A stretch of DNA of 64,000 bases from Desulfatiglandales bacterium (GTDB taxonomy: Bacteria > Desulfobacterota > DSM-4660 > Desulfatiglandales > HGW-15), in the NCBI GenBank assembly GCA_963667015.2, contig CAXXJJ010000004.1, positions 4,064,001 through 4,128,000 on the forward strand, read 5' to 3'. Below the pieces are notes generated by a model that was given only the letters and a program-made list of their open reading frames with translations, ran no database searches and was not told the DNA's origin. Below are positions 53,401 to 62,232 of this stretch, in pieces. Every line of letters starts with the position of its first letter. The first letter of the stretch is position 1. The translations under genes and the position numbers were made by a program.

Positions 53401-53523
53401 CAATAAAAATTAACAAGGACATGCTACTATATCGCCGAATCGGTCTTTAAAGGTTTGCGAAAGTCATTAAACTAAATAAACTTCAAAGGTAGGCGCCGTA
53501 TGCCTGTAATGCAGGCGTTAGAT
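53395..53523 (+). repeat. attC8
   Basis: GTATAAC ... ATTAACAAGGACATGC / GTATGCCTGTAAT-gcaggc-GTTAGAT. Confidence 0.85.
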
Positions 53524-53539
53524 TAAGGAAGGTACAAAT

Positions 53540-53782
53540 ATGACCAGTCCAAATGATCTAGTAGTTGTTTATGCAGGTGATCCATTTGAAACAGATTATG
53601 TAAAATGGACGTTAGAAAATAATGGAATCCAGGCCTTCTTGAAAGATGAAATTCTTGGCTCAATTGCACCTTATTATACTGCAGGTGGACTTGGCGCGGT
53701 AAAGGTTACAGTAGCTCAAAGGGATATAGAAGAGGTAAATGAAATTATTCAGCAAATAAATAAAATGAATTCTGAAGAATAG
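53540..53782 (+). CDS. Cassette 9: DUF2007-like small protein
   Basis: L..VY......E...VK..LE..GI.AFLKDE...G.VKV.V...D pattern. Confidence 0.75.
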   Translation: MTSPNDLVVVYAGDPFETDYVKWTLENNGIQAFLKDEILGSIAPYYTAGGLGAVKVTVAQRDIEEVNEIIQQINKMNSEE

Positions 53783-53810
53783 TTATCGTTTTTCTAAACC
53801 CAAATTTAAA

Positions 53811-53890
53811 ATCTGTCGCTTCACAAGACCACGAGGGGCTTCTTTCAATTTTTGCTGAGCATCTCGGCGTGGCTTGTGAGCTGGCCGTTA
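53811..53890 (+). repeat. attC9 with damaged R'' (R' interrupted by intron copy 2)
   Basis: GCTTCACAAGACCACG ... CGTGGCTTGTGAGC-tggcc-GTTA^; the expected ATCTAAC appears only as ATCT. Confidence 0.75.
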
Positions 53891-55846
53891 GTGCGCCAAG
53901 CGCAGCTTGGTGCTTCTTATAGAGTGACCTGTCACACTCAAGTAGTAAGGTATGACAGGAAGTCTTTATCGGGCAAAGCCTAGCCAGCAGCCCGTACCGA
54001 GTGTTGCGTGATTGGGAAGGATAGGCAGTATTATGATGCTGAACGACTCACACGAAGCGTACACAGGGAACACTATAGGCCGCAGGGAGGACGTACCCTC
54101 CTTAAGCAATTCAGCCCCGTTAGTTGCAATAGAGCAGTTGGCGACAGCCTTAACGAGTTGGAAGCCTGAATAATTGAATCGCAATGGCAAGATTCATGAG
54201 AGGCTGCCGGGGTCCGAGAGCGTGGCATGTAGTGAGAGAAGCATCAGGAACTTGGGAGACCCTTAACGTCTCCTCCTTTAGAGAGGTAGGGAGTTACAAC
54301 CAAAAGAAGGACAACCGAAGGACTTAAGGGAGTCAGATCATCTCATAGTACTCTGAGACGGTAGGGCCGATCACAGGAGCCTGCTTGGCAGGCCGGGGAA
54401 GGGGATGACGGTATTACGCAGTCCGCAAAGGAAACATATGCAGATAAGAAAGGCTGAACAACATATGCAAACCTCACTGCGGGGAATAGCAAAGAAAGCG
54501 AAGGAAGATCCTAAACACAAGTTCGGAAACCTCTACAGTCTCCTGAACGAGAGAAACCTAAAATGGAGCTTTCCTCAGCTAAACAGGAAAGCTGCCCCCG
54601 GAATAGATGACGTTGACTATAAAGAATTCAAATCCAATCTGGATGAGAATATCAGGAATATAGTCATGGATTTGAAGGGTAAGAGGTATAAGGCAAAGCT
54701 TGTACGTCGTCGTTATATACCCAAATCCGGGGGAAGAAGACCTCTGGGGATACCTGTTGTAGGAGACAAGACATTACAAACGGCAGCAGCCTCGATACTA
54801 TCAGCAATATATGAGGCAGATTTTATGCCGTTCAGTCATGGATACCGGAGAGGAAGAGGACCTCAGAAAGCGGCATTGAAACTAAGTGAACTGATCCACA
54901 GAGGAAAGTTCCGGTGGATAGTTGATGCTGATATCAAGGGGTTCTTTGACAATCTAAATCATGACTGGCTGATCCGCATGTTGTCTGAGCGAATCAAAGA
55001 TAAATCATTTCTTGGACTAATAAGGAAATGGTTAAAGGCAGGGATACTGGAGGAAGATGGTCAGGTGATATATCCTGTAACCGGAACTCCACAGGGCGGC
55101 ACAGTATCGGCAGTTCTTGCAAATATTTATCTTCATTATGCGCTGGATATATGGTTTGAGAAAGTAGTAAAGTCACGGTGCGATGGAGATGTAATACTGA
55201 TGAGATATGCTGATGATTTTGTTGTCTGTTTTCAGTATCACCGGGATGCTCGAAGATTTTATAATGAACTGGGCGGAAGGCTCGGAAAGTTTGGTCTTGA
55301 GTTATCACAGGAAAAGACAAGAATGATTGAATTTACAAGGTTTATAACCGAAGGGAGTAATGTATTTACCTTTCTGGGTTTTGAATACCGCTGGGGCGTG
55401 AGCAGGAAAGGAAAGCCTTTAGTAAAGATGCGAACGTCAAAGGGTAAATTCAAGGCAGCAATAGCCAACTTCTTATCCTGGATCAAGAAAGAGCGCAGTA
55501 AGCTTGGAACAAGGGCATTGTTCGTGAAGATGAGGCAGAAACTGCAGGGACACTTTAACTACTATGGAGTAAGTGGCAATATTGAAATGCTTATGAAATA
55601 TTACCATGAAGCCTTGGAGATAATGTTTAAGTGGCTGAACCGCAGGAGCCAACGGAAAAGCTGTACGTTTAAAAGGTTCATAGGGATGGTTGAATATTTT
55701 AAAATACCCCGTCCCCGAATAATAGGATATTGGGATTAACCGATCGCTTTTGTACGAAGCGAGTAATACTGAGGAGCCTTGTGCGGGAAAACCGCACGCA
55801 GGGATCTGCGAGGGGACGGTCAGGTAACTGGCCGTTCTACCTTGAT
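53891..55846 (+). mobile_element. Group II intron, copy 2 (no difference from copy 1 seen by eye)
   Basis: Same sequence at offset 8,618; identical ORF translations. Confidence 0.93.
54465..55739 (+). CDS. ltrA: Group II intron reverse transcriptase/maturase
   Basis: Identical translation to 45847-47121. Confidence 0.93.
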   Translation: MQTSLRGIAKKAKEDPKHKFGNLYSLLNERNLKWSFPQLNRKAAPGIDDVDYKEFKSNLDENIRNIVMDLKGKRYKAKLVRRRYIPKSGGRRPLGIPVVGDKTLQTAAASILSAIYEADFMPFSHGYRRGRGPQKAALKLSELIHRGKFRWIVDADIKGFFDNLNHDWLIRMLSERIKDKSFLGLIRKWLKAGILEEDGQVIYPVTGTPQGGTVSAVLANIYLHYALDIWFEKVVKSRCDGDVILMRYADDFVVCFQYHRDARRFYNELGGRLGKFGLELSQEKTRMIEFTRFITEGSNVFTFLGFEYRWGVSRKGKPLVKMRTSKGKFKAAIANFLSWIKKERSKLGTRALFVKMRQKLQGHFNYYGVSGNIEMLMKYYHEALEIMFKWLNRRSQRKSCTFKRFIGMVEYFKIPRPRIIGYWD

Positions 55847-55869
55847 ACCCAAAACAGGAAAGATAAAAA

Positions 55870-56286
55870 ATGGCTGTCTCATTTAGTGATATTGAAAATG
55901 CATTCTTATTTGTAAGTATGGACCAGCAATTTATGCATATGGCATACTTATGCAAGGAAACAGGGGAAATATTCTATACCTCAGAAATGGGTGATTCGGA
56001 TGAACTTCCTGAAGATATTGACGATCAGGATAAATATATATCCATCCCTCATAAAAATGATCTTGACCTTGGTAAACCTTTAGTTATTGAATTCACCTCC
56101 AAATATCTACAGGAAGATTTAGATAATGTATACTCCATTTTTAGAAGAAAAGGTGCATACTCAAGGTATAAAGATTTCCTGGAAAATAAAGGTATACTGA
56201 AAGATTGGTACGATTTTGAAAACGAACGTCAAACAGTAGCACTTAAAGAATGGTGCAAAGAAAATAGTATAGTAATTAAGGGTTAA
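55870..56286 (+). CDS. Cassette 10: UPF0158-like protein
   Basis: YL.KETGEIFY, RRKGAYSRYKD, W..FE and EWC.EN pattern; the stop codon lies in R'' GGTTAAC. Confidence 0.72.
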   Translation: MAVSFSDIENAFLFVSMDQQFMHMAYLCKETGEIFYTSEMGDSDELPEDIDDQDKYISIPHKNDLDLGKPLVIEFTSKYLQEDLDNVYSIFRRKGAYSRYKDFLENKGILKDWYDFENERQTVALKEWCKENSIVIKG

Positions 56287-56409
56287 CCATGCAATCAAGC
56301 GGATTTGCTGGTCTTTCTTGCCGGTTGGAATTCATCAGTTTAAATGAGCTTCCTACTTAATTGTTCATCGGCACCATTAACCCGCGATCCCTTATCGCGC
56401 ACGTTCTGT
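56281..56409 (+). repeat. attC10
   Basis: GGTTAAC-catgc-AATCAAGCGGAT ... ATCCCTTATCGC-gcac-GTTCTGT. Confidence 0.8.
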
Positions 56410-56423
56410 GAGGATACTATATT

Positions 56424-56813
56424 ATGAAGATTGAACATATTGCCCTGTGGGCTAAAAATATCGAAGCATTGAAATCGTTTTACGAAAAATATTTTAATGC
56501 GCAATCAAATAATAAATACACAAATCCAAGAAAACGTTTCTCATCCTACTTCCTTAGTTTTGATTCAGGTGCACGATTGGAGATAATGCAAATGGATTCG
56601 GTACCGGATACAAAAGACAACCCTTATGATCAATTTATCGGGTATATTCACATAGCTATTTCAGTCGGTTCAGAAGAGAAAGTAAATGTTTTAACAGCAA
56701 AATTATTGGAAGATGGTTTTGAAATACTTGATGGCCCAAGAAGAACCGGCGATGGTTATTACGAAAGTGTTGTTTTGGATCCAGAGCAAAATCGGGTTGA
56801 AATCACAGTTTAA
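56424..56813 (+). CDS. Cassette 11: VOC/glyoxalase family protein
   Basis: IEHIALW, RLEIM, GYIHIAISVGS and PRRTGDGYYES..LDPE.N.VEIT. Confidence 0.9.
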   Translation: MKIEHIALWAKNIEALKSFYEKYFNAQSNNKYTNPRKRFSSYFLSFDSGARLEIMQMDSVPDTKDNPYDQFIGYIHIAISVGSEEKVNVLTAKLLEDGFEILDGPRRTGDGYYESVVLDPEQNRVEITV

Positions 56814-56817
56814 ATCC

Positions 56818-56950
56818 ACAGAACCAGCGCATTTACTAAGACCGGACCTTTTTCTTTGCTTTTTATGAACTATCTATGATCATCAACCTTTTTACTTTTT
56901 AAATGGCAGGTCGGTTTGCGTCGCCCGGCTTTTAATGCACACAGTTAGCT
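56818..56950 (+). repeat. attC11
   Basis: ACAGAAC ... CATTTACTAAGACCGG / CCGGCTTTTAATG ... GTTAGCT; arms resemble attC2. Confidence 0.85.
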
Positions 56951-56978
56951 GCATTCTTTACATTGAAAAAGGAGTATT

Positions 56979-57626
56979 ATGAGTATTAACATTCGATTAG
57001 AAACTAAAGACGATTACTTCAAAGTTGAAGAACTGACACGAGAAGCGTTCTGGAATTTATATGCTCCAGGATGTGATGAACACTATTTATGCCATATTCT
57101 GCGCGATCACAAAGACTTTATCAAAGAACTTGATTTTGTCGCAGAAATAGATGGAAATATAATAGCTTCAATCATGTATACAGATTCGTACCTTTTAAGT
57201 GATGACTTGGAAAAGGTGAAAATTGTTTCATTTGGCCCTTTATGTGTTCATCCTGATTATCAGCGGAAAGGAATCGGTACAGCATTAATTGAAAAGACTA
57301 AATCGCTGGTGGAAAAAAGAAATATTCCGGCGATTGCCATTTACGGAGATCCTCATAATTACTGTAAGCATGGGTTTAAGAATGGAATTGACTACAAGGT
57401 CAGCAATATGGATGGAGAGTATCCTTTAGGATTATTAGTTTTAGAGCTTCAGCCTGGATTCTTTGGAAATAAAGAATGGAAGGTGAAACAAAGTGATGCA
57501 TTTATTTTTGATCATGAGAAAGCCATAGAATTTGACAGGAAGTTTAAGGAAAAAGAAAAGAAAATCCAATACAGTCAGGAGCTATTTAAAATACAGATCA
57601 GGTCTTTCTTAAAAAAACTCAGCTAA
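56979..57626 (+). CDS. Cassette 12: GNAT N-acetyltransferase (attC lost)
   Basis: TREAFWN.Y.PGCDEHY and FGPLCVHPDYQRKGIG; ends at a degenerate R'' AGCTAAA. Confidence 0.88.
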   Translation: MSINIRLETKDDYFKVEELTREAFWNLYAPGCDEHYLCHILRDHKDFIKELDFVAEIDGNIIASIMYTDSYLLSDDLEKVKIVSFGPLCVHPDYQRKGIGTALIEKTKSLVEKRNIPAIAIYGDPHNYCKHGFKNGIDYKVSNMDGEYPLGLLVLELQPGFFGNKEWKVKQSDAFIFDHEKAIEFDRKFKEKEKKIQYSQELFKIQIRSFLKKLS

Positions 57627-57924
57627 AAGTTTCCACCGGATCGAATAAAATAGAATTGGAAAATATTTAAAAGCTCAAGCCATTAATGAACCCGAGCCGT
57701 CGATAGCCTTTCTGGTTATTCATTGCGTTGAGTTGAAAGGGAAAAATATTGCATGCTCATATTGTTATACAAAATAGTGTCTAGAGGCATTTAAACCTAA
57801 AAAGGAACAATTCAGGAAATGGTATAATTTGTTTATGACTCTAGATCAAAGACGTTTAAACTGTATCAGGAGCTTGCTCAGCAGGGCGAGGCATATTATT
57901 TGAACCGCTGAAAAGGAGAATTTT

Positions 57925-58470
57925 ATGAAATGTCTGGTCTGTAATAGTGAATCAATTTTTGAGAAAGTTGTTGAAGAAAAGTTAAGAGTAAAAGAATGTA
58001 AAGAGTGCGGCGGACAATGGGTTCCCTCTTCACAATATTATTCATGGCTTGAACGACATGGACCTGTTCTCCCTGAGGTGCAATATTCCGAAGTAACCTA
58101 TGAAGTTATTGATTCACAGAATGCCAAGCTGTGCCCTGACTGCGGACGAATACTGCTGAGATTTAAAATAGGTCATGGTCTCCAGTTCAGCCTGGATCAC
58201 TGCAGCAGCTGTAATGGTGTCTGGTTTGATAAAAATGAATGGAAAGCCCTTGTGAGCAGAAATCTTCATGATGAACTTCCCAGGATATTTTCAACAGAAT
58301 GGCAAAAGCATATCCGAAATGAGGAAAAAACCAGATATTATGAAGAGGTCTACAGCACAAAGTTTGGTGATCAGTATAATCGCATTAAAGAGTTCAAGCA
58401 ATGGCTCGATGATCAGGAGCGGAAGCCGGCTATACTGGCTTTTTTAGCAGATCCTGATCCTTATAAATAA
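57925..58470 (+). CDS. Double zinc-ribbon (zf-TFIIB-like) protein
   Basis: CLVC...CKECGGQW and CPDC...LDHCSSCNGVWFDKNE. Confidence 0.8.
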   Translation: MKCLVCNSESIFEKVVEEKLRVKECKECGGQWVPSSQYYSWLERHGPVLPEVQYSEVTYEVIDSQNAKLCPDCGRILLRFKIGHGLQFSLDHCSSCNGVWFDKNEWKALVSRNLHDELPRIFSTEWQKHIRNEEKTRYYEEVYSTKFGDQYNRIKEFKQWLDDQERKPAILAFLADPDPYK

Positions 58471-58511
58471 GCTTTACTTCCCTAGAGCAGCTCGCTGGGT
58501 AGAGGAATAGA

Positions 58512-59213
58512 ATGAAAAAGATATCTTCATGGCAGTATGATGAGTTTAAACAGGTTGGTGTCGATTATGACAGTCAGGAACAGGTTGCGGCATATGACTC
58601 ACGTCATACACAGTTTAGAGACATAGAAGCTGAAGGCACGGGCATCCTCGATGCCCTTTCAGTCACTCCGAAGTCGGTAGTGATAGAACTTGGAACAGGA
58701 ACCGGAGCATTTGCTGTCTGCGCGGCTAAACGATGCGCAGGCGTATATGCAGTGGATGTTTCTGTCCCCATGCTTGAATTTGCAAGGCAAAAGGCTGAAA
58801 GGGTCGGGATCAAAAATATCACCTTCTGTCATGCCGGCTTCCTGACATACGAGCATGCCGGCACACCTGCAGATGCCCTTGTGACCAGCATGGCCTTTCA
58901 TCATCTGCCGGATTTCTGGAAGGGCATTGCCCTTGGCCGCATGAACAGCATGCTCAAGACCGGAGGACTTTTGTACATTCACGATGTTGTATTTATGCAG
59001 GAGGATGCCGGGAACAACATCTCACGCTGGATTGATCAGTTAGTAGAGGCTGGAGGAACAAAGCTTGGAGATGAAGTTGCGGCACATGTCAGAGAGGAGT
59101 TTTCAACCTTTGACTGGATAATGGACGGCCTGCTTGAAAGAGCCGGGTTCAAAATCCTGTCTAAAGAGTTGACAGGTGGTGTCATTGGGACATATCTGTG
59201 TAAAAAGGAATGA
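58512..59213 (+). CDS. Class I SAM-dependent methyltransferase
   Basis: ELGTGTG, AVDVS..ML, FHHLPDFWK and LKTGG. Confidence 0.88.
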   Translation: MKKISSWQYDEFKQVGVDYDSQEQVAAYDSRHTQFRDIEAEGTGILDALSVTPKSVVIELGTGTGAFAVCAAKRCAGVYAVDVSVPMLEFARQKAERVGIKNITFCHAGFLTYEHAGTPADALVTSMAFHHLPDFWKGIALGRMNSMLKTGGLLYIHDVVFMQEDAGNNISRWIDQLVEAGGTKLGDEVAAHVREEFSTFDWIMDGLLERAGFKILSKELTGGVIGTYLCKKE

Positions 59214-59392
59214 GCTGTTGTAAAATATATCGACACTTTAGCGAACATGTCCCAAGATGCCTGCAGCATGTTTTGGAGAAAAAACTTGAGAACATATCCC
59301 GGGCGGTTGACAAAGAGGTCGGAAGAAGAGAAAAAACACCGGACGAGTTTTATGATTATTTGAACACGGTTTTGCCTAAAAACAGTATTTAG
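59210..59392 (+). CDS. Small hypothetical protein
   Basis: ATGA overlap with the upstream stop; SD AAGGA is very close to the ATG. Confidence 0.35.
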   Translation: MSCCKIYRHFSEHVPRCLQHVLEKKLENISRAVDKEVGRREKTPDEFYDYLNTVLPKNSI

Positions 59393-59454
59393 CAGTAGTA
59401 TACTAATCAAAGATTGAGGAGAGCTAAATAATTTGTGAAAGGAGCAGGTTATAC

Positions 59455-59694
59455 ATGACAGATCCCGAAATAGAAGAACTCAAGCAGGAGGCCAGCCAGA
59501 GGCTTCAGGAATACATTAACCTTATTGAGGGCACTAACGAATCACTGCTGACCACATTAAAACAGTGTGTATCACTGTTAACCCAGTTTGCCGGTGCAGT
59601 TCCCGACCCCAAGCCCTTTAGAGAATTGCTGGATCACCTGGGAAAAATAATTGATGCAGGGGAACAGGTGGTTTCTAAAAAGACAGTACACTGA
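59455..59694 (+). CDS. Small hypothetical protein
   Basis: SD AAGGAG; 79-aa helical ORF. Confidence 0.55.
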   Translation: MTDPEIEELKQEASQRLQEYINLIEGTNESLLTTLKQCVSLLTQFAGAVPDPKPFRELLDHLGKIIDAGEQVVSKKTVH

Positions 59695-59737
59695 TAAAAT
59701 GTACCGGTGGAAAATCTGACATGGTAAGGGAAACATT

Positions 59738-60949
59738 ATGATCGATGAGCTGATCGAAACAGCCAAAAAAAAAGGAGCAAGTGATTTACATCTGGAATCA
59801 GGTCTCCCGGCGATATACAGGGTTAATGGTGAACTCAATATTCAGGGAGAAGCGATATCATCTGATGCATTATATGACATTGCCAGGCAAATAGTAGATA
59901 ACGAGAATTGGCCGGACTTTGTCAATAATGGGTCATTTGATACCTCAAGAAATATTCAAAATGTCCGGTGTCGTATTAACGTTTTAAAGACTTACAGGGG
60001 AATAGGTCTTGCAATTCGTCTTCTGTCAACATTCCAGCCTACAGTTGAGAAATTAAACCTTCACCCGGACATACATAGTATAATTGAACACAGTCATGGT
60101 CTTGTACTTTTTTGCGGCCCCACAGGAAGCGGCAAGTCTTCAACTATGGCGGCACTTATTCAGGAACTGAACCTGGCCAGATCAAAGCATATAATCACTA
60201 TTGAGAATCCCATCGAGTATCACTTCAAGATGATCCGTTCTATCATTAGACAGCGGGAAGTTGGAAGAGACACTCCTTCCTTTTCTCAGGCCATCATAGA
60301 TTCAATGCGTGAAGATCCTGATGTCCTGATGGTTGGAGAAATGCGCGAACCGGATGTTATGAGGCTGACATTAAACGCTGCTGAAACAGGACATCTTGTT
60401 TTTGCTACTATCCATTCCGGTTCATCAGAAGAGGCAATATATCGGCTGGTCAATGCCTTTCCCGCGGAAATGCAGGACAACGTCAGGACCCAGATTGCGG
60501 ACTGTTTACTTGCAGTTATTTGTCAGCGGCTGGTCTATCGATCCGATATTAAAATGAGGGTTGCTGAATGTGAGATATTAAATACAAATTTTGCTGTAAA
60601 ATCGATTATCAGAAGTGGAAAGTATTCAAAAATCAGAGACATTCTGCAGACAGGCAGCGAAGATAAAATGTGGTCATTCGAGCGATATAAGGAATGGCTG
60701 AATAATCGAAAAACATGGTATTTCCCTAAAAATGAATTTACAGGGAACCCAATTGAATTAAACAGGAATGATGAAGTATTAAACACGGATAATACCGGCA
60801 GATCCAGGCCGGTACCAGGCATCAGTGTAGCCGGGCATAACAGGAGTATTTCCCAAAACAGGAGAAACCCTGATAATGAAAACATTCAAAGGGGAGTGTA
60901 TAGCATTGATGAAGATGATGATATACATACTGTTTTAAAAGATGTTTGA
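59738..60949 (+). CDS. PilT/PilU-family type IV pilus ATPase
   Basis: ASDLHL, GPTGSGKSST, ITIENPIE, QREVG, REDPDVLMVGEMR and AETGHLVFATIH. Confidence 0.9.
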   Translation: MIDELIETAKKKGASDLHLESGLPAIYRVNGELNIQGEAISSDALYDIARQIVDNENWPDFVNNGSFDTSRNIQNVRCRINVLKTYRGIGLAIRLLSTFQPTVEKLNLHPDIHSIIEHSHGLVLFCGPTGSGKSSTMAALIQELNLARSKHIITIENPIEYHFKMIRSIIRQREVGRDTPSFSQAIIDSMREDPDVLMVGEMREPDVMRLTLNAAETGHLVFATIHSGSSEEAIYRLVNAFPAEMQDNVRTQIADCLLAVICQRLVYRSDIKMRVAECEILNTNFAVKSIIRSGKYSKIRDILQTGSEDKMWSFERYKEWLNNRKTWYFPKNEFTGNPIELNRNDEVLNTDNTGRSRPVPGISVAGHNRSISQNRRNPDNENIQRGVYSIDEDDDIHTVLKDV

Positions 60950-61095
60950 TGAGCCGGGGGAATAAGAAATTTAAAGATATTTTAAGGTTTAAAATTGGAA
61001 ATGGAATTACACCTTCTTCCAGGCAACCCAGCAGGGTTGCAGGTGACCGGCTGATATGTCAATGCTCGTTAGGCGTATATGAAAGGATATTTGAC

Positions 61096-62133
61096 ATGAG
61101 TGAAAAGACGATAGATTTGCGGAGCGACACCGTTACAAAGCCGACTCCGGATATGCGCAGGGCCATGGCAGCGGCGGAGGTGGGTGACGATGTCCTCGGG
61201 GACGATCCCACAGTAAAGGAGCTGGAGCGAAAAACTGCCGAGCTCCTTGGTAAGGATGCTGCGATCTTTGTCCCGTCAGGGACCATGGCAAATCAGCTGG
61301 CGATCCGCAGTCAGACCCAGCACGGTGATGAGATAATGCTTGATGCCAACGCGCATATCTACTGGTATGAGGCCGGTGCATCGGCCGCCCTGTCCGGAGT
61401 GATCTGTCGGACTTTGCCGGGAGTGCGGGGCATATTTACAGCAGCGGATGTTCGTGCCGCACTTCGTCCCGGGGATATACATTTTCCTCCGACAACACTG
61501 CTCGCAGTAGAAAATACCCATAACAGGGGCGGCGGGTCCATCTGGCCGCTGGAACAGATTCAGGAGGTATGCAGCGTTGCTCACGAGGCAGGTCTTCGCA
61601 CACATCTTGACGGAGCCCGATTGTGGAACGCATCCGCTGCAACAGGAATTCCGGAGTCGGACTACGCCAGGGACTTTGACAGTGTGAGTGTATGTTTTTC
61701 CAAGGGGCTTGGGGCACCGGTCGGATCGGCCCTTGCGGGAAGCACGGAATTTGTAGAGAGGGCCCGTCGTTTCCGCAAGCAGTTTGGCGGCGGAATGAGG
61801 CAGGCCGGAATAATCGCGGCCGGTGCACTCTATGCACTGCAGAACCACCGCGAACGAATGTCCGATGATCATGCAAACGCAAAGCTGCTCGCGTCAGAAC
61901 TGAGCGGGATACCCGGGATCAGTGTAAGCAGCGACATGATTGATACAAATATGGTTTATTTTGATGTCGAGCAACGCCCTGCCCTGGAGGTAATCGGCCT
62001 GCTGAAGGAGATGAACATCCTGATTATGTCCACAGGGGAACACACGATCCGTGCTGTGACAAGCCTGGCTGTGGACGCCGATGACATCTCCAGGACTGTC
62101 GATGCGGTAAAAAAGATAATGTCATATTCATAA
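61096..62133 (+). CDS. ltaE: Low-specificity L-threonine aldolase
   Basis: DLRSDTVT, GDDV, SGTMANQ, ENTHN, HLDGARLWNA and SKGLGAPVGS; true start MSEKTIDL at 61096. Confidence 0.93.
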   Translation: MSEKTIDLRSDTVTKPTPDMRRAMAAAEVGDDVLGDDPTVKELERKTAELLGKDAAIFVPSGTMANQLAIRSQTQHGDEIMLDANAHIYWYEAGASAALSGVICRTLPGVRGIFTAADVRAALRPGDIHFPPTTLLAVENTHNRGGGSIWPLEQIQEVCSVAHEAGLRTHLDGARLWNASAATGIPESDYARDFDSVSVCFSKGLGAPVGSALAGSTEFVERARRFRKQFGGGMRQAGIIAAGALYALQNHRERMSDDHANAKLLASELSGIPGISVSSDMIDTNMVYFDVEQRPALEVIGLLKEMNILIMSTGEHTIRAVTSLAVDADDISRTVDAVKKIMSYS

Positions 62134-62136
62134 AAA

Positions 62137-62178
62137 AGCCGGTCAGAAGCAGGAAAAAATCCCGTTTTCTGACCGGCT
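62137..62178. terminator. Hairpin between convergent genes
   Basis: AGCCGGTCAGAAGC ... GTTTTCTGACCGGCT, preceded by an A tract. Confidence 0.65.
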
Positions 62179-62232
62179 GTAATTTGCCTGACCCTGAAGA
62201 TTCGGATTTACTTGATCAAAGTCTTATAATTC

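Larger units (their letters stand above)
44594..57627 (+). mobile_element. Integron gene-cassette array of 12 cassettes without an adjacent intI (CALIN-like)
   Basis: Ten cassettes have a 5' GTT core exactly complementary to their 3' AAC core; two have damaged R''; the genes are short, AT-rich and unrelated. Confidence 0.92.

Noticed and set aside
57627..59700. Continuation of the cassette array past the GNAT gene
   Set aside because: No matched GTT/AAC cores or attC hairpins were found after the degenerate AGCTAAA.
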